In this document: positions 35,930 through 45,775 of the stretch, one piece after another
Layout of the letters: every line of letters begins with the position of its first letter
Numbering within the stretch: the first letter of the stretch is position 1
Assembly: GCA_964524885.1 (NCBI GenBank)
Contig: CAZGEJ010000026.1
Span: forward strand, 1,302 to 65,301
DNA: 64,000 bases
Origin: an uncultured Candidatus Binatia bacterium
GTDB taxonomy: Bacteria; Desulfobacterota; Binatia; HRBIN30
Reading direction: 5' to 3'
Program-made: the position numbers and the translations under genes
Notes under the pieces: generated by a model
Databases searched by the model: none
Told to the model about the DNA's origin: nothing
What the model saw: only the letters and a program-made list of their open reading frames with translations

Positions 35930-37786
35930 TCAATTCGCGCCGCAGCCGCGCAACGCCGTGTCGATCGCCCGCACCAGCTCGTCCACGGTCACCGCCCCGT
36001 CGCCGCCACCGTCGAATGCCGGACAGACACCCAATTCGAACGTACCCAAGGCGATCGACACCCCGGTCACGATCTCGTCCACCGTCACCTCGCCGTCGCC
36101 GTTGCAGTCGCCGCCACACGTCGCCTCGCCCACCTCGGACGCCGTCAGCTCCCACGCCCGCTCCAAGTTGGCCACCTCGATCTCGATCGGCCCGCCGTCC
36201 GCCGCCGTCGTCCACCCCTTGGTCACCATCAGTGCACGGAAGGCACGCCGATACAGCAGCCGCGCCGACACCCGCAGCGTCGCGCCGGCCCGCGTGCCCT
36301 CGGGCAAGCGCCACTCGTACTCCGCCGTGCTGGTCGCGCCGGACGGAATCGTCGTATCCGAAAGCACGCGCTCAGCGTCGACGAACAACACCGGACTCAC
36401 CGTCTCCCCTTGCCCATTGATGCGGCCCTCGGAAATCTTGGCGTAACCCTGCCCCGGCCGCCCGCCGTAGTCGCCCTCCTGGAGGCCCTCCACGTCGTCG
36501 TTGGCCCAATCCGGCACGATCGGCCCCGCCACTTGCGTCGCGGCGGTGCCATCGACCTCGGTGTCCAACACCAACAGCACATTGCGAATCGACACACCCG
36601 TCGGAAACGCGTGGCCGGCGCCGGCATTGTGCACACGCGTCGTCGCCAGCACGCGTCCATCTTCCGCCCTCACGTCGAGTTCGACCTCGACCGCCTCACG
36701 CAGCCGCTCGGCCGTCGAGCCGGGGAAGTCGTGCGCATGCCGCTGGTTCGAGGGACGAATCACCTCCACCCCTTCGAACGGCGGCGGCGGATCGGCGATG
36801 GTGCCGATGCCGAGTTCAGGCATGTGGCAATCCTGACAGGTGCGATACTCGGCTCCAGGCACGGCAAAACGCGATGCCAGCCACTCGCTGTAGGTCTTCT
36901 GGCCCGGCGCGCCGGTCTCGACGTTGATGTACTCGTGGCAGCTGGCGCAGAAGCGCGACTCGCGAAAGATCGGCGCATACGCGGGGCGCATGAAGGCGTA
37001 GCTCACGTCGTCGAGCGGCCCCCAAACGTATTCGTGCGTCGCGCTACCGCCGACCCCCGCGAGCGGGAAACGCATCGTCGCGTTGCCTTGCAAATGCAGC
37101 AGCTGGGTCTCGTGGTTGACGTCGTCGATGGTGTGGCACGCCGAACAATTGATGCCCTCCAGCTCCGACGTCCCGGTCACTTCATCGAGGAACAACGTGC
37201 CCGGCGCCCGTGCTTCGGCCACCGGCGTGTGGCAGGTGGCGCAGGAGCCCGTATCGTCGGCATCGTGCGTGTCGCGGAAGACGTAGCCGGCGCTGCCACC
37301 GGCAGTGCCGTTGCCGCTGTACACGTCGAGCACCCACGGATTCACCGCGGCCCGCGCATGCGCGCTGCCGCGCCACGCCAGGTAATGCTCGCTGTGGCAG
37401 TCGCCACAGGCATTTGGCGGCTTCGCCTTGATCGGCACGTACGCGTCATTGTCCTCCTCCGGCATCGGTTCGAGTTCGATGAGCACATCGCTCGCGCCGT
37501 TGCGGGCGAACACGCCGTTGGTCGTGTAGTTGACGGCGGCGGCACAATCGTAGGCGACGCCGGCGGTGATCACCGCGGTGCCGCCGAACTCGACCGGCAA
37601 CGTGAACCGCCCGTCCGCGTCACTGAGCGCCAGCGGATCGTCCTGTGCCTGCAAGCGCACCCGCGCGCCGGCGATCGGCGCCCGGCTACCGGCGGCGACG
37701 ACCCGCCCGGCGACCGCACCCCACGCTGGGCCGCCGCAACACACGATCCATCCGAAGACGAGGGCCACCGACTTCGACCGAGTCAT
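35930..37786 (-). CDS. Secreted multihaem c-type cytochrome (at least 5 CxxCH) with two C-terminal dockerin-like (EF-hand-type) repeats.
   Basis: CGDCH, CATCH, CSACH, CASCH and CQDCH motifs. C-terminal CNGDGEVTVDEIVTGVSIALG and DGGGDGAVTVDELVRAIDTAL. Signal peptide MTRSKSVALVFGWIVCCGGPAWGAVAG. Confidence 0.8.
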   Translation of the reverse strand: MTRSKSVALVFGWIVCCGGPAWGAVAGRVVAAGSRAPIAGARVRLQAQDDPLALSDADGRFTLPVEFGGTAVITAGVAYDCAAAVNYTTNGVFARNGASDVLIELEPMPEEDNDAYVPIKAKPPNACGDCHSEHYLAWRGSAHARAAVNPWVLDVYSGNGTAGGSAGYVFRDTHDADDTGSCATCHTPVAEARAPGTLFLDEVTGTSELEGINCSACHTIDDVNHETQLLHLQGNATMRFPLAGVGGSATHEYVWGPLDDVSYAFMRPAYAPIFRESRFCASCHEYINVETGAPGQKTYSEWLASRFAVPGAEYRTCQDCHMPELGIGTIADPPPPFEGVEVIRPSNQRHAHDFPGSTAERLREAVEVELDVRAEDGRVLATTRVHNAGAGHAFPTGVSIRNVLLVLDTEVDGTAATQVAGPIVPDWANDDVEGLQEGDYGGRPGQGYAKISEGRINGQGETVSPVLFVDAERVLSDTTIPSGATSTAEYEWRLPEGTRAGATLRVSARLLYRRAFRALMVTKGWTTAADGGPIEIEVANLERAWELTASEVGEATCGGDCNGDGEVTVDEIVTGVSIALGTFELGVCPAFDGGGDGAVTVDELVRAIDTALRGCGAN

Positions 37787-37985
37787 GCCCCTCTCGTACT
37801 CCGTCGCCGATGCCCAGGCGAATCCTGATCGCCGCATCGTCCCAACTTCGTGACTGACCGGTCGCCGCGGCCAGCCGAACGTCCCGGCCGGCCCACGATC
37901 TCGCCCCAAGATCACGTTCACCTGCGAAAAGCGCTTGCACCGGAACCGATGCTTGGGTGAGCTTAGGGAGCACGCAAGGAGAGCC

Positions 37986-40226
37986 ATGCAGACCGCCGTC
38001 GCCTACCGCACCCACCATGACCGAACCGCACCGACCTCGCCGACCCGCCGTCGGTGGCAGCGAAGGATGGCGGGCCTCGTAGGTCTGATCGCCCTCACGC
38101 TCGCCGGCTGTGGCGACAGCGACGGCGGCAGCGGCAACGGCGATACCGCCGACGGCTTCGTCGCTGCGAGCTACCAAAGCGCGCGCAACCTCGAGTACCT
38201 GCGCTATGCGACGCAAAGCTTCTCGGCTAGCAGTTCCCTCAACATCCTCGCCCACCTCGAACGCGAGCGCGTCGACCCGCCCTACAAGGCGCCGCTCGGG
38301 GCGGTGGCGGACTCCGTCTTCGACGCCGACTTCGAGTTCATGGATGCCTTGCAGGACACGCGCGACTTCCGCGCCCTCTACTTCCTCAACCTGCTGCTCG
38401 GTTACCGCGGGCACGCGGCGCTGTCACCGACCCTGTGGCAGAAGATCGAAGACGCGCTGGCGCGCTTCAAGACGTGGTATACCCACCCGACGCCCGAAGG
38501 ACGGCGCGACGACAGCTACTACTGGACGGAAAACCATCAGGCCATCTTCTGGACCATCCAGTACCTGATGGGACAGGAGTTTCCGGACCGTCCTCTCAGC
38601 ACCGACGGGCGCCCCGGCCGCGAGCATCTCGCCGAGGCGCGTGCCAGCCTGCTGCGCTGGTTCGAACATCGCGCCCGCTGGGGCTTCTTCGAGTGGCACT
38701 CGAACGTCTACTACCAGAAGGACCTGACGCCGCTGCTCACCCTCGTCGAGTTCGCCGACGACGAGGAGATCCGCACCAAGGCCGCTGCCGTGCTCGACAT
38801 CTTGTTGTTCGACACGGCCATGCACACCCATCGCGGCGCCTTCGGCAGCACCCATGGCCGCTCCTACAAGAAGGACAAGATGACGTCGCTCGACGACGAC
38901 ACCTGGAACGGCGTCAAGCTCCTCTTCGACGAGTCGACCTACCCGTACAACTCGACCAGCGCCGCCGACGCGGTGCTCCTGTCGCGCGCCCAACGCTACC
39001 GCATGCCCGAGGCGATCTTGCGCGTCGCCAAGTCGAAGGAACCGATCCTCGACCGTGAACGCATGAGCCTGCCGATCAAGCTGACCGGCCCGGTCGAGTC
39101 GTCGCCGGTGGGCCCGTTCGGGCTCAGCTTCGGCGAGGAGAACCTCGACATCTGGTGGGGCATGAGCGGACTGTTGGCGTGGCCGGTCGTGCCGATGACG
39201 ATCGACGTCTTCAACCGTTACAACCTCTGGGAGTCGGCCTCGTTCTCGGGCATCGCCGCCGACCTCCAACCGCTGGCCTCCAACGTGCTGGTGGCGCAGA
39301 ACCTCGCCGCCAATCGCTCGACCTTGCTCTCCTTCGCCGTCCTCAAAGAGGTCAACACCTACACCTATCGAACGGCCGACTACATGCTTTCGAGCGCGCT
39401 CGACTACCGCAAAGGCTCGTTCGCCAGCCAGGTGCATGCGTGGCAGGCGACCCTCGACGCCAACGCCCTCGTTTTCACCACTCATCCGTTCCGCCCGCCG
39501 TTGCAGTCGACCAACTGGCGCGACGACGAGGAAACCGGCAGTTACTGGACGGGCGAGGCCTCGATGCCGCGCACGGCGCAGCACGAGAACGTCGCCGTGC
39601 ACATCTACACGCCGCAATACGCCGCCTCGAATCCGGCGCCGTTCACCTTCTTCCGCTACCAGCTCTACACGCACGCCTATTTCCCGCAGGACCACTTCGA
39701 CGAAGTGATCCAAGTGCCCGCCAACCCGGAAGGCACCTGGACCATCGGCCGCTTGGATGACGGCTACGTCGCCCTGTACTCGTACCGACCGGTCGAGTGG
39801 CTCGTGTACGACCCGGCGGTCATCGCCACCAACGGCATGATCAAGCCCTTCGACCTGCGTGCCAACGGCGGGCCTAACAACGTATGGATCGCCGAATGTG
39901 GGCGAGAGGCGGATTGGGGCTCGTTCGCCGCCTTCCGCGATGCCATCGCGGCGGCGCGCGTCGACGTCACGCCGCTCGGGTCGCTGTCGTCGGTCAACAC
40001 CTCGTTCGACGTCGCCTACCAATCGCCCAGCCAAGGAGCGATGTCCTTCGGCTGGGAGAAGCCGCTGACGGTCGACGGCGCAACCATCCCGCAGAGCGAC
40101 TTCCCGCGCTTCGACAACCCGTTTGCGCAGACCGAGTACAATACCCAGCAAGCGACGATCATCGCCGACGGCTACGGCGTCGACCTCGACCTCGAAGCCG
40201 GCACGCGCACGGTCTACGCCCCTTGA
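37986..40226 (+). CDS. Large lipoprotein of unknown function (lipobox LTLAGC).
   Basis: Shine-Dalgarno AGGAGAGCC before the ATG at 37986. ...RRMAGLVGLIALTLAGCGDSDGG. ~745 aa and Trp/Tyr-rich. An alternative start at 38067 is possible. Confidence 0.6.
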   Translation: MQTAVAYRTHHDRTAPTSPTRRRWQRRMAGLVGLIALTLAGCGDSDGGSGNGDTADGFVAASYQSARNLEYLRYATQSFSASSSLNILAHLERERVDPPYKAPLGAVADSVFDADFEFMDALQDTRDFRALYFLNLLLGYRGHAALSPTLWQKIEDALARFKTWYTHPTPEGRRDDSYYWTENHQAIFWTIQYLMGQEFPDRPLSTDGRPGREHLAEARASLLRWFEHRARWGFFEWHSNVYYQKDLTPLLTLVEFADDEEIRTKAAAVLDILLFDTAMHTHRGAFGSTHGRSYKKDKMTSLDDDTWNGVKLLFDESTYPYNSTSAADAVLLSRAQRYRMPEAILRVAKSKEPILDRERMSLPIKLTGPVESSPVGPFGLSFGEENLDIWWGMSGLLAWPVVPMTIDVFNRYNLWESASFSGIAADLQPLASNVLVAQNLAANRSTLLSFAVLKEVNTYTYRTADYMLSSALDYRKGSFASQVHAWQATLDANALVFTTHPFRPPLQSTNWRDDEETGSYWTGEASMPRTAQHENVAVHIYTPQYAASNPAPFTFFRYQLYTHAYFPQDHFDEVIQVPANPEGTWTIGRLDDGYVALYSYRPVEWLVYDPAVIATNGMIKPFDLRANGGPNNVWIAECGREADWGSFAAFRDAIAAARVDVTPLGSLSSVNTSFDVAYQSPSQGAMSFGWEKPLTVDGATIPQSDFPRFDNPFAQTEYNTQQATIIADGYGVDLDLEAGTRTVYAP

Positions 40227-40633
40227 GTCGAGGCCTCGTTCATTGCGGCATCGAGACACGTCCAGGCTTGTGGATCGACCACGACGATGGTTTCGATGGT
40301 GGCCAACAGCAGCACGCGACTTCCCAGCAGGGCATAGTCGCGCCGGTCTTTGGGAAGCAGTATGCGTCCGCGGCGATCGAGTTGGCCGGCATGGGCCGAT
40401 GCGATCTGGAAACGACGATACGCCACCGCCGCTGCATCGGTAGCCTTGGTGTCGGCAGCGAAGGTTGCGAATGCGGATGCCGTCCTGATCTCGAGACAAG
40501 GCAGGTCGCCAACGAGGCCGCGTGTGATCACGATACGGCCGTGATCGACTTCCGGCAAGGCATTCCGGAAGACTGCAGGTAGGAAAACGTGTCCGCTGAC
40601 CGAGACGGACCTTTCGTACGACGCGCGAAACAT
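40214..40633 (-). CDS. MraZ-like (tandem SpoVT/AbrB-type) DNA-binding protein, not in a dcw cluster.
   Basis: Two DxxGR-type repeats: EVDHGRIVITRG and QLDRRGRILLPKDRR. 139 aa. Confidence 0.5.
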   Translation of the reverse strand: MFRASYERSVSVSGHVFLPAVFRNALPEVDHGRIVITRGLVGDLPCLEIRTASAFATFAADTKATDAAAVAYRRFQIASAHAGQLDRRGRILLPKDRRDYALLGSRVLLLATIETIVVVDPQAWTCLDAAMNEASTQGA

Positions 40634-40669
40634 TCTAGATCTCTCACACGCAACGGCTGACCAATCCGA

Positions 40670-41032
40670 TCAGCCATTGACCAACGGCGCGGAGGAGTCG
40701 TGGTCGTCCAGCCCCTTTTCCGATGCGCGGCAATAGAACTCCTTGCCCACGCTGTCGATGTGTTGCCGCAGAGCAGCGTCGTCGATCTGCTCGAGCACGG
40801 AGACGTCGATCATGTAGGGAAGCAGAAGATCGTCGAGTTCGTCCATGATCTGAAGTCGTTCGCGGAGGTCGACCTCGCCGATCAAGGCGAGGTCGATATC
40901 GGACGCCTCCGTGAAGTTGCCCCTGGCGCGCGAACCGTAGAGAACGGCACGCGCCACGCGTGGGTGCCGTCCCAGCACGCCGAGGATTCGCGCCGTCGTT
41001 ACCACGGACAGGCCGAAAGGCGTACTCGTCAT
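40670..41032 (-). CDS. Minimal nucleotidyltransferase (MntA / HI0073-like) of an NTase-HEPN toxin-antitoxin pair.
   Basis: LGRHPRVARAVLYGSRARGNFTEASDIDLAL (GS...DxD NTase motif). The start is inside track ORF 40670..41101. ATGA overlap with the upstream gene. Confidence 0.75.
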   Translation of the reverse strand: MTSTPFGLSVVTTARILGVLGRHPRVARAVLYGSRARGNFTEASDIDLALIGEVDLRERLQIMDELDDLLLPYMIDVSVLEQIDDAALRQHIDSVGKEFYCRASEKGLDDHDSSAPLVNG

Positions 41033-41451
41033 GAGCCTTCCTGCAGAAAGGCCCCGAGACGCGATTCCAGTGCGACGTAGGCGGGCTGAAATCGCGTACA
41101 AATATCACGCCCGATCGCGGCGACGACGGCCTCGTCGTAGGTGTGCGACGTGAGATTGCGGACGGCAATCATGTCCATCCACACGTCACCATCGACGACA
41201 AGTCCGTTGCGGAAAGCCAGTCGCGTCGCGTCGTTGGAGCCGATGACGTCGACGAACCCCTTTTCCTGTAGGAAATCCTTCAACACGTTCCACGCCAGCT
41301 CGTGCGTGAACTCGAACGCCTGCACCAAGCCTTGCTGTTCGAGTTCGGAGAGCGGTCGTCGTGCCGCCAATTCCACCGCCGCCGTCAGCCGGGCAAGCGC
41401 CCTACGAAAGCTATGGAAGCGCTGTACCCAGCGCACGTCGGGACCGTCCAT
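41029..41451 (-). CDS. HI0074-family nucleotidyltransferase substrate-binding protein, partner of the preceding NTase gene.
   Basis: WMDMIAVRNLTSHTY motif (Rx4HxY-like). 140 aa. Immediately upstream of the NTase gene and translationally coupled to it. Confidence 0.7.
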   Translation of the reverse strand: MDGPDVRWVQRFHSFRRALARLTAAVELAARRPLSELEQQGLVQAFEFTHELAWNVLKDFLQEKGFVDVIGSNDATRLAFRNGLVVDGDVWMDMIAVRNLTSHTYDEAVVAAIGRDICTRFQPAYVALESRLGAFLQEGS

Positions 41452-41882
41452 GGGAAAAATCTACTGGAGTCGCCTCCCCGAGGGAAACGGAATCCCTGGG
41501 CACACTTGACGGAAATTCGTATCGTCACGGCGGGCCGAAACGCGCCTCGCCGCGGTCGACCGACTCGACCCCATTCGTTGGCTCGAGACGGCACAGCGCG
41601 AGAGTCGGCGCTGGCGGCAGCGCTTTCACGCCCTCCGGGTCGACGTGCAGCGCTGGCAGGAGCACCTATTGCGCGTGGCACGTGCGGAGCGCGGGGAGAC
41701 CGATGCGACGGACGAAAGTCATCACCGCTTTCGGCTTCTGTTCGACCTACCCGCGGAAATTCTCGCAGCGCCAGATCCCTTAGCCGCCATCCTCGATGCG
41801 CATCCGCCGATCGAGGAACCCTGAGAATCTGCCGCAGGACGGCCGAGACACGTAACGGCCGTCCTGCACACTCTTCCGTGCC

Positions 41883-42365
41883 CTACTCCAGACGCGTCTT
41901 CGTCGCCGCCGGGCGTTTACGGCCTGGGCTCTTCTTTTTGACTGGCGCCGTGTTGTCGACGCCATGGGCAGCGAGGATCTTGCGCGGCGCGGTCATGCGC
42001 CATGCGTCTCGCAGCAAGTGAGCGAGTTCCTCCCAATCGACGTCCTCGACGTCGAGGAAGACACCGATCCAGCCATTCACCCCGACATAGGGAGGGCGGA
42101 AGAATCGCTCCGACGCCGCGTGTACGAGAATCTCCTGCAACCCCGGCGCCGCTTTGCACCACAGGGAGATTCGATCATCACCGTGGTGATCGTCGTTGAA
42201 CATGGCGAACATCTTCTGCGTCGGGCCAACCCGAAAGGTCGGACACCCCCAGGCAACCTTCTCCGAGGTCTCAGGCAAGGCCGCGACGAGAGCGCGGACA
42301 CGTTGCAGCAGATCCGGGCGCCGCACCGGGTGGAGCGGGTGCTTCGACTCAGTCTGGACACTCAT
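41883..42365 (-). CDS. MmcQ/YjbR-family protein.
   Basis: 160 aa: KVAWGCPTFRVGPTQKMFAMFNDDHHGDDRISLWCKAAPG..., typical of the YjbR family. Confidence 0.65.
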   Translation of the reverse strand: MSVQTESKHPLHPVRRPDLLQRVRALVAALPETSEKVAWGCPTFRVGPTQKMFAMFNDDHHGDDRISLWCKAAPGLQEILVHAASERFFRPPYVGVNGWIGVFLDVEDVDWEELAHLLRDAWRMTAPRKILAAHGVDNTAPVKKKSPGRKRPAATKTRLE

Positions 42366-42893
42366 TCAGGAATCCTCCGGCGCCTTGCCCTAGCCCGCCT
42401 CGCCAACACCGATCAAACGGCCGGTGCAGGTTCACGTCGCGTCCGACTGGACACCTCGCCGTCCATTGCGGTTCGGGGGTAACTCCGCAGCAGGGATTGG
42501 GAAGCAGGTAGGGTTTCGCAGCAAGAAAACGGCACGGCTCAGCGCGCGGCGTGTTCGGCGACGAAGGTGCGGATGCGGGTCAGCGAAACGCATCCGCACG
42601 GTTCGGCCGCCGCGCGAAGGCAAGTGCGCCGTCAGGGCAGCGTAGTTGCGTTTTCCGCGGCGGGCTTTAGCCGGAGGGGGGGGCCGGCGTCCGTTCTTCC
42701 TGCTGCGATGCATCGTCGAGTGCCCACACGGGAGCGTCACGGATGCGACCCGAGTCGTTTCCAATGGAGTGCCGCGGCACGTCTCGAGCATGGGGTGAGC
42801 GGGGAGGTTCCTTCCGCGGCGGCTTTGCTCTATGAAGCGGGGTCTTCCGGCAGCCGTCGGCACCGGAGCCGAATTCAATCGAGGAGTCTCGCC

Positions 42894-44057
42894 ATGAGAG
42901 AAGTGGTCATCGTCGAAGCCGTCCGTAGCCCCATCGGCAAGCGCAAAGGCGCCCTCGCCGGCCTGCACCCGGCCGACCTGCTCGGCGCCGTGCAGCGCGC
43001 CGCCATCGAACGCAGCGGCATCGACCCCGCCGCCATCGGCCAGCTCGTCGGCGGCTGCGTCTCCCAGGTCGGCGAGCAGTCCTACAACATCGCCCGCACC
43101 GCCTGGCTCGCCCAAGGCTTCCCCTTGGAAGTCGCCGCCACGACGGTCGACTCCCAGTGCGGCTCCAGCCAGCAGGCCACCAGCCTCGCCGCCGGCCTCG
43201 TCGGCGCCGGCATCGAGGACCTCGTTCTCGCCTGCGGTGTCGAAATGATGACTCGCGTCCCCCTCGGCGCCAACATGAAGGGCGGCTCGCCGCTCTCCCC
43301 CGGCTACGGCGAGCACTACGCCTACGCCTCGCAATTCCAAGGTGCCGAGATGATCGCCGAGGAATACGGCATCACCCGCGAAGACACCGACCGCTTCGGC
43401 CTCGCCAGCCAGCAGAAGGCCATCCGTGCCTGGCAGGAGGGCCGCTTCGACCGTGAGGTCGTGCCGGTGACCGCACCGGTGCTCGCCGAGGACGGCCAGC
43501 CGACCGGCGAAAAGCAGGAAGTGAAGCGCGACCAGGGCCTGCGCGAGACCTCGCTCGAAAAGCTCGCCACCCTCAACCCGGTGCAGCCCGGCGGCGTGCA
43601 CACCGCCGGCACCTCGTCGCAGGTTTCCGACGGCGCCTCCGCCGTCATCCTCGCCTCGCCCGAACGCGCCGCCCAGCTCGGCCTCAAGCCGCGCGCCCGC
43701 ATCGTCACCACCACCCTCGTCGGCGTCGACCCGGTCACCATGCTCAAGGGCCCGATCCCGGCAACCGAAAAGGTCCTGCGCCAGTCGGGTTTGAAGATCG
43801 ACGACATCGCCACCTTCGAGGTCAACGAGGCCTTCGCCTCCGTCGTGCTGGCCTGGCAGAAGGCCTGCGGCGTCGACCCCGAGCGGGTCAACCCGAACGG
43901 CGGCGCCATCGCCCTCGGCCACCCGACCGGCTGTACCGGTGCCCGCTTGATCACCACGGCGCTGCACGAGCTGGAACGCACCCAGTCGCGCTACGCCCTC
44001 ATCGCCATGTGCTGCGGCGGCGGCCTCGGCACCGGCACCATCATCGAAAGGCTGTAA
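42894..44057 (+). CDS. Acetyl-CoA C-acetyltransferase (thiolase).
   Basis: MREVVIVEAVRSPIGKRKGAL ... VDSQCGSSQQA ... NPNGGAIALGHPTGCTGARL ... CGGGLGTG. Shine-Dalgarno GAGGAG before the ATG. Confidence 0.9.
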   Translation: MREVVIVEAVRSPIGKRKGALAGLHPADLLGAVQRAAIERSGIDPAAIGQLVGGCVSQVGEQSYNIARTAWLAQGFPLEVAATTVDSQCGSSQQATSLAAGLVGAGIEDLVLACGVEMMTRVPLGANMKGGSPLSPGYGEHYAYASQFQGAEMIAEEYGITREDTDRFGLASQQKAIRAWQEGRFDREVVPVTAPVLAEDGQPTGEKQEVKRDQGLRETSLEKLATLNPVQPGGVHTAGTSSQVSDGASAVILASPERAAQLGLKPRARIVTTTLVGVDPVTMLKGPIPATEKVLRQSGLKIDDIATFEVNEAFASVVLAWQKACGVDPERVNPNGGAIALGHPTGCTGARLITTALHELERTQSRYALIAMCCGGGLGTGTIIERL

Positions 44058-44062
44058 GAACG

Positions 44063-45730
44063 ATGCCGGCGCAGGATTCGCCCGCGCTCGACGTGCAGGC
44101 CTACGGTCGTATCGCCACCCGCTTCCACGACGCGCTGACCGCCACCCGCAAGGCCTTGGCGGCGCACGCCAAGCTGCTGCCCGACGGTCGCCTGTCGCGC
44201 TTCGACGCGCTCATCGGCGACTTCGAGCGGCGGCGCGTGCGCATCGGCATTTACGGCGAGGTCAAGGCGGGCAAGTCGTCCCTGCTCAACGCCATCGCCG
44301 GCGCTCCCCTGTCGCCGGCATCGTTCGGCCCTCTCACCTCGGTGCCGATCCGCGTCACCTGGGGCCAACAGAACACCTGGACCGCCGGTGGTTTCACCTT
44401 CAACTCGAGCGAAGAACTGGCCGCGGCGATGCGGGAGTCGATCGATGTCGACGAGGTCACCGTCACCACCTACCTCGACCTGCTCCAACTCGGCGGACAG
44501 GTCGACCTCGTCGACATGCCGGGAGTCGGCAGCGAGGATCGCTACGACGAGATCACCGCCAAGGCGCTGTCGCACCTCGACGCGGTGATCCTCGTGGTGC
44601 GCTACCCAGCGCTGTTCACGCGCTTCTCGCGCCACCTGCTGCGTGCTCTCGAAGGCGACGTCAGCAAGCTGTTCGTGGTCTGGAACTTCGATGCATCCTG
44701 CGCCGAGCTTTCGCCCGAGGCGCGAGCTGAGCAGGTCGAAGTCCTGCGGCGTAACCTCGCCGGGGCGCACGAGCTCTTCACGGTCGACGCGCGAACTGCT
44801 TTCGAAGCGGCACGCAACGTCGATCTCGCCGCCCTCGAACGCAGCGGCATGACCGAATTCGTGGAGGGCCTGGCCGCCTTCGCCATTTCGACCAAGCGCG
44901 GCACCGTCGCCTTACGCGAAGCCGCCAAGCGGGTCGACAAGTGGATGCGGCAGGCCGACGAAGCGCTGCACAAGCGCAAGACGACGTTGGCGAGTTCGAT
45001 CGCCCAAACCCACGCCGACATCGACGCCATCGGCGTGCGCGCCACGGCCGACGCCGAAACCGCTCGCGCCGGCTTCGAAGCCTTCCGCACCGCCGTGCAA
45101 AATGCCGGCGCTCGCCGCGCCGAACAGGCCGAGGCCGCCGCCAAGGTGCTGCGCAAGGAACTCGCCCGCGCCCGCCGCTCGTGGATGTGGAGCGGCGACG
45201 AAGATGAATTGAGCGAGAAAGCCGCCGCCGCCAGCCGTGCCTACGCCGACGAAATCGACGCGGCCCTGCGTGCCGCCACCGACACCATGCACGAAGCGGC
45301 CCACACCTTCGGCACCGTCATCACCGCGGCGCCGCGCGAACGCCAGGAACCACACGTCGACGAGGTCGGCCCGGAAGAACGTCTGCAACGCGCCAACAAC
45401 GGCAGGCTGCAACGCACCCGTCGCTGGCTGCGCGCCGGTTGGTATCTCCCCGGCATGACCCAATGGATGGGGGCCAGCATCGACGCCGACCTGCAATCAC
45501 AGGCCGAATGGTTCGAGTCGACCGCGCGTGCCGCCGAAGGCGCGGCGCAAGCGACGCTCGACGCCAAGCTCGCCGCCATCGAACGCGAGGCGACGGAGTC
45601 GACGTCGGAACTACGCATCCGTCGCAACCTCGAAGCCGAGGAGGCGGAACTGGCCACCCTCGAGCGCGACGCTCCGATCGTCGCCCGCCAACGCGCCACG
45701 ATCACCGCCCTTTCCGCCGAAGCCCGGTGA
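44063..45730 (+). CDS. Dynamin-family large GTPase (bacterial dynamin-like protein).
   Basis: P-loop GEVKAGKSSLLNAIAG. DMPG (DxxG). Long coiled-coil/helical C-terminal half. Confidence 0.7.
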   Translation: MPAQDSPALDVQAYGRIATRFHDALTATRKALAAHAKLLPDGRLSRFDALIGDFERRRVRIGIYGEVKAGKSSLLNAIAGAPLSPASFGPLTSVPIRVTWGQQNTWTAGGFTFNSSEELAAAMRESIDVDEVTVTTYLDLLQLGGQVDLVDMPGVGSEDRYDEITAKALSHLDAVILVVRYPALFTRFSRHLLRALEGDVSKLFVVWNFDASCAELSPEARAEQVEVLRRNLAGAHELFTVDARTAFEAARNVDLAALERSGMTEFVEGLAAFAISTKRGTVALREAAKRVDKWMRQADEALHKRKTTLASSIAQTHADIDAIGVRATADAETARAGFEAFRTAVQNAGARRAEQAEAAAKVLRKELARARRSWMWSGDEDELSEKAAAASRAYADEIDAALRAATDTMHEAAHTFGTVITAAPRERQEPHVDEVGPEERLQRANNGRLQRTRRWLRAGWYLPGMTQWMGASIDADLQSQAEWFESTARAAEGAAQATLDAKLAAIEREATESTSELRIRRNLEAEEAELATLERDAPIVARQRATITALSAEAR

Positions 45731-45775
45731 GCGCGCGACGCCACGACGTGCCGAACGTTGCCGGCGTCGACCGAC

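Noticed and set aside
35885-37828. 647-aa plus-strand ORF opposite the multihaem cytochrome gene.
   Set aside because: The minus-strand frame has a signal peptide, five CxxCH motifs and dockerin repeats. The plus-strand frame is Arg-rich shadow.
38424-40499. 691-aa minus-strand ORF opposite the lipoprotein gene, and 51326..53521 (minus) opposite the cbbO-like gene.
   Set aside because: Antisense shadow ORFs. The sense genes have a Shine-Dalgarno sequence, a signal peptide/lipobox or a VWA MIDAS motif.
41470-41823. Stop-free plus-strand frame reading ...LDPIRWLETAQRESRRWRQRFHALRVDVQRWQEHLLRVARAERGETDATDESHHRF...
   Set aside because: No ATG, GTG or TTG start at its 5' end and no recognisable domain. 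Possibly a gene remnant, but not supportable.
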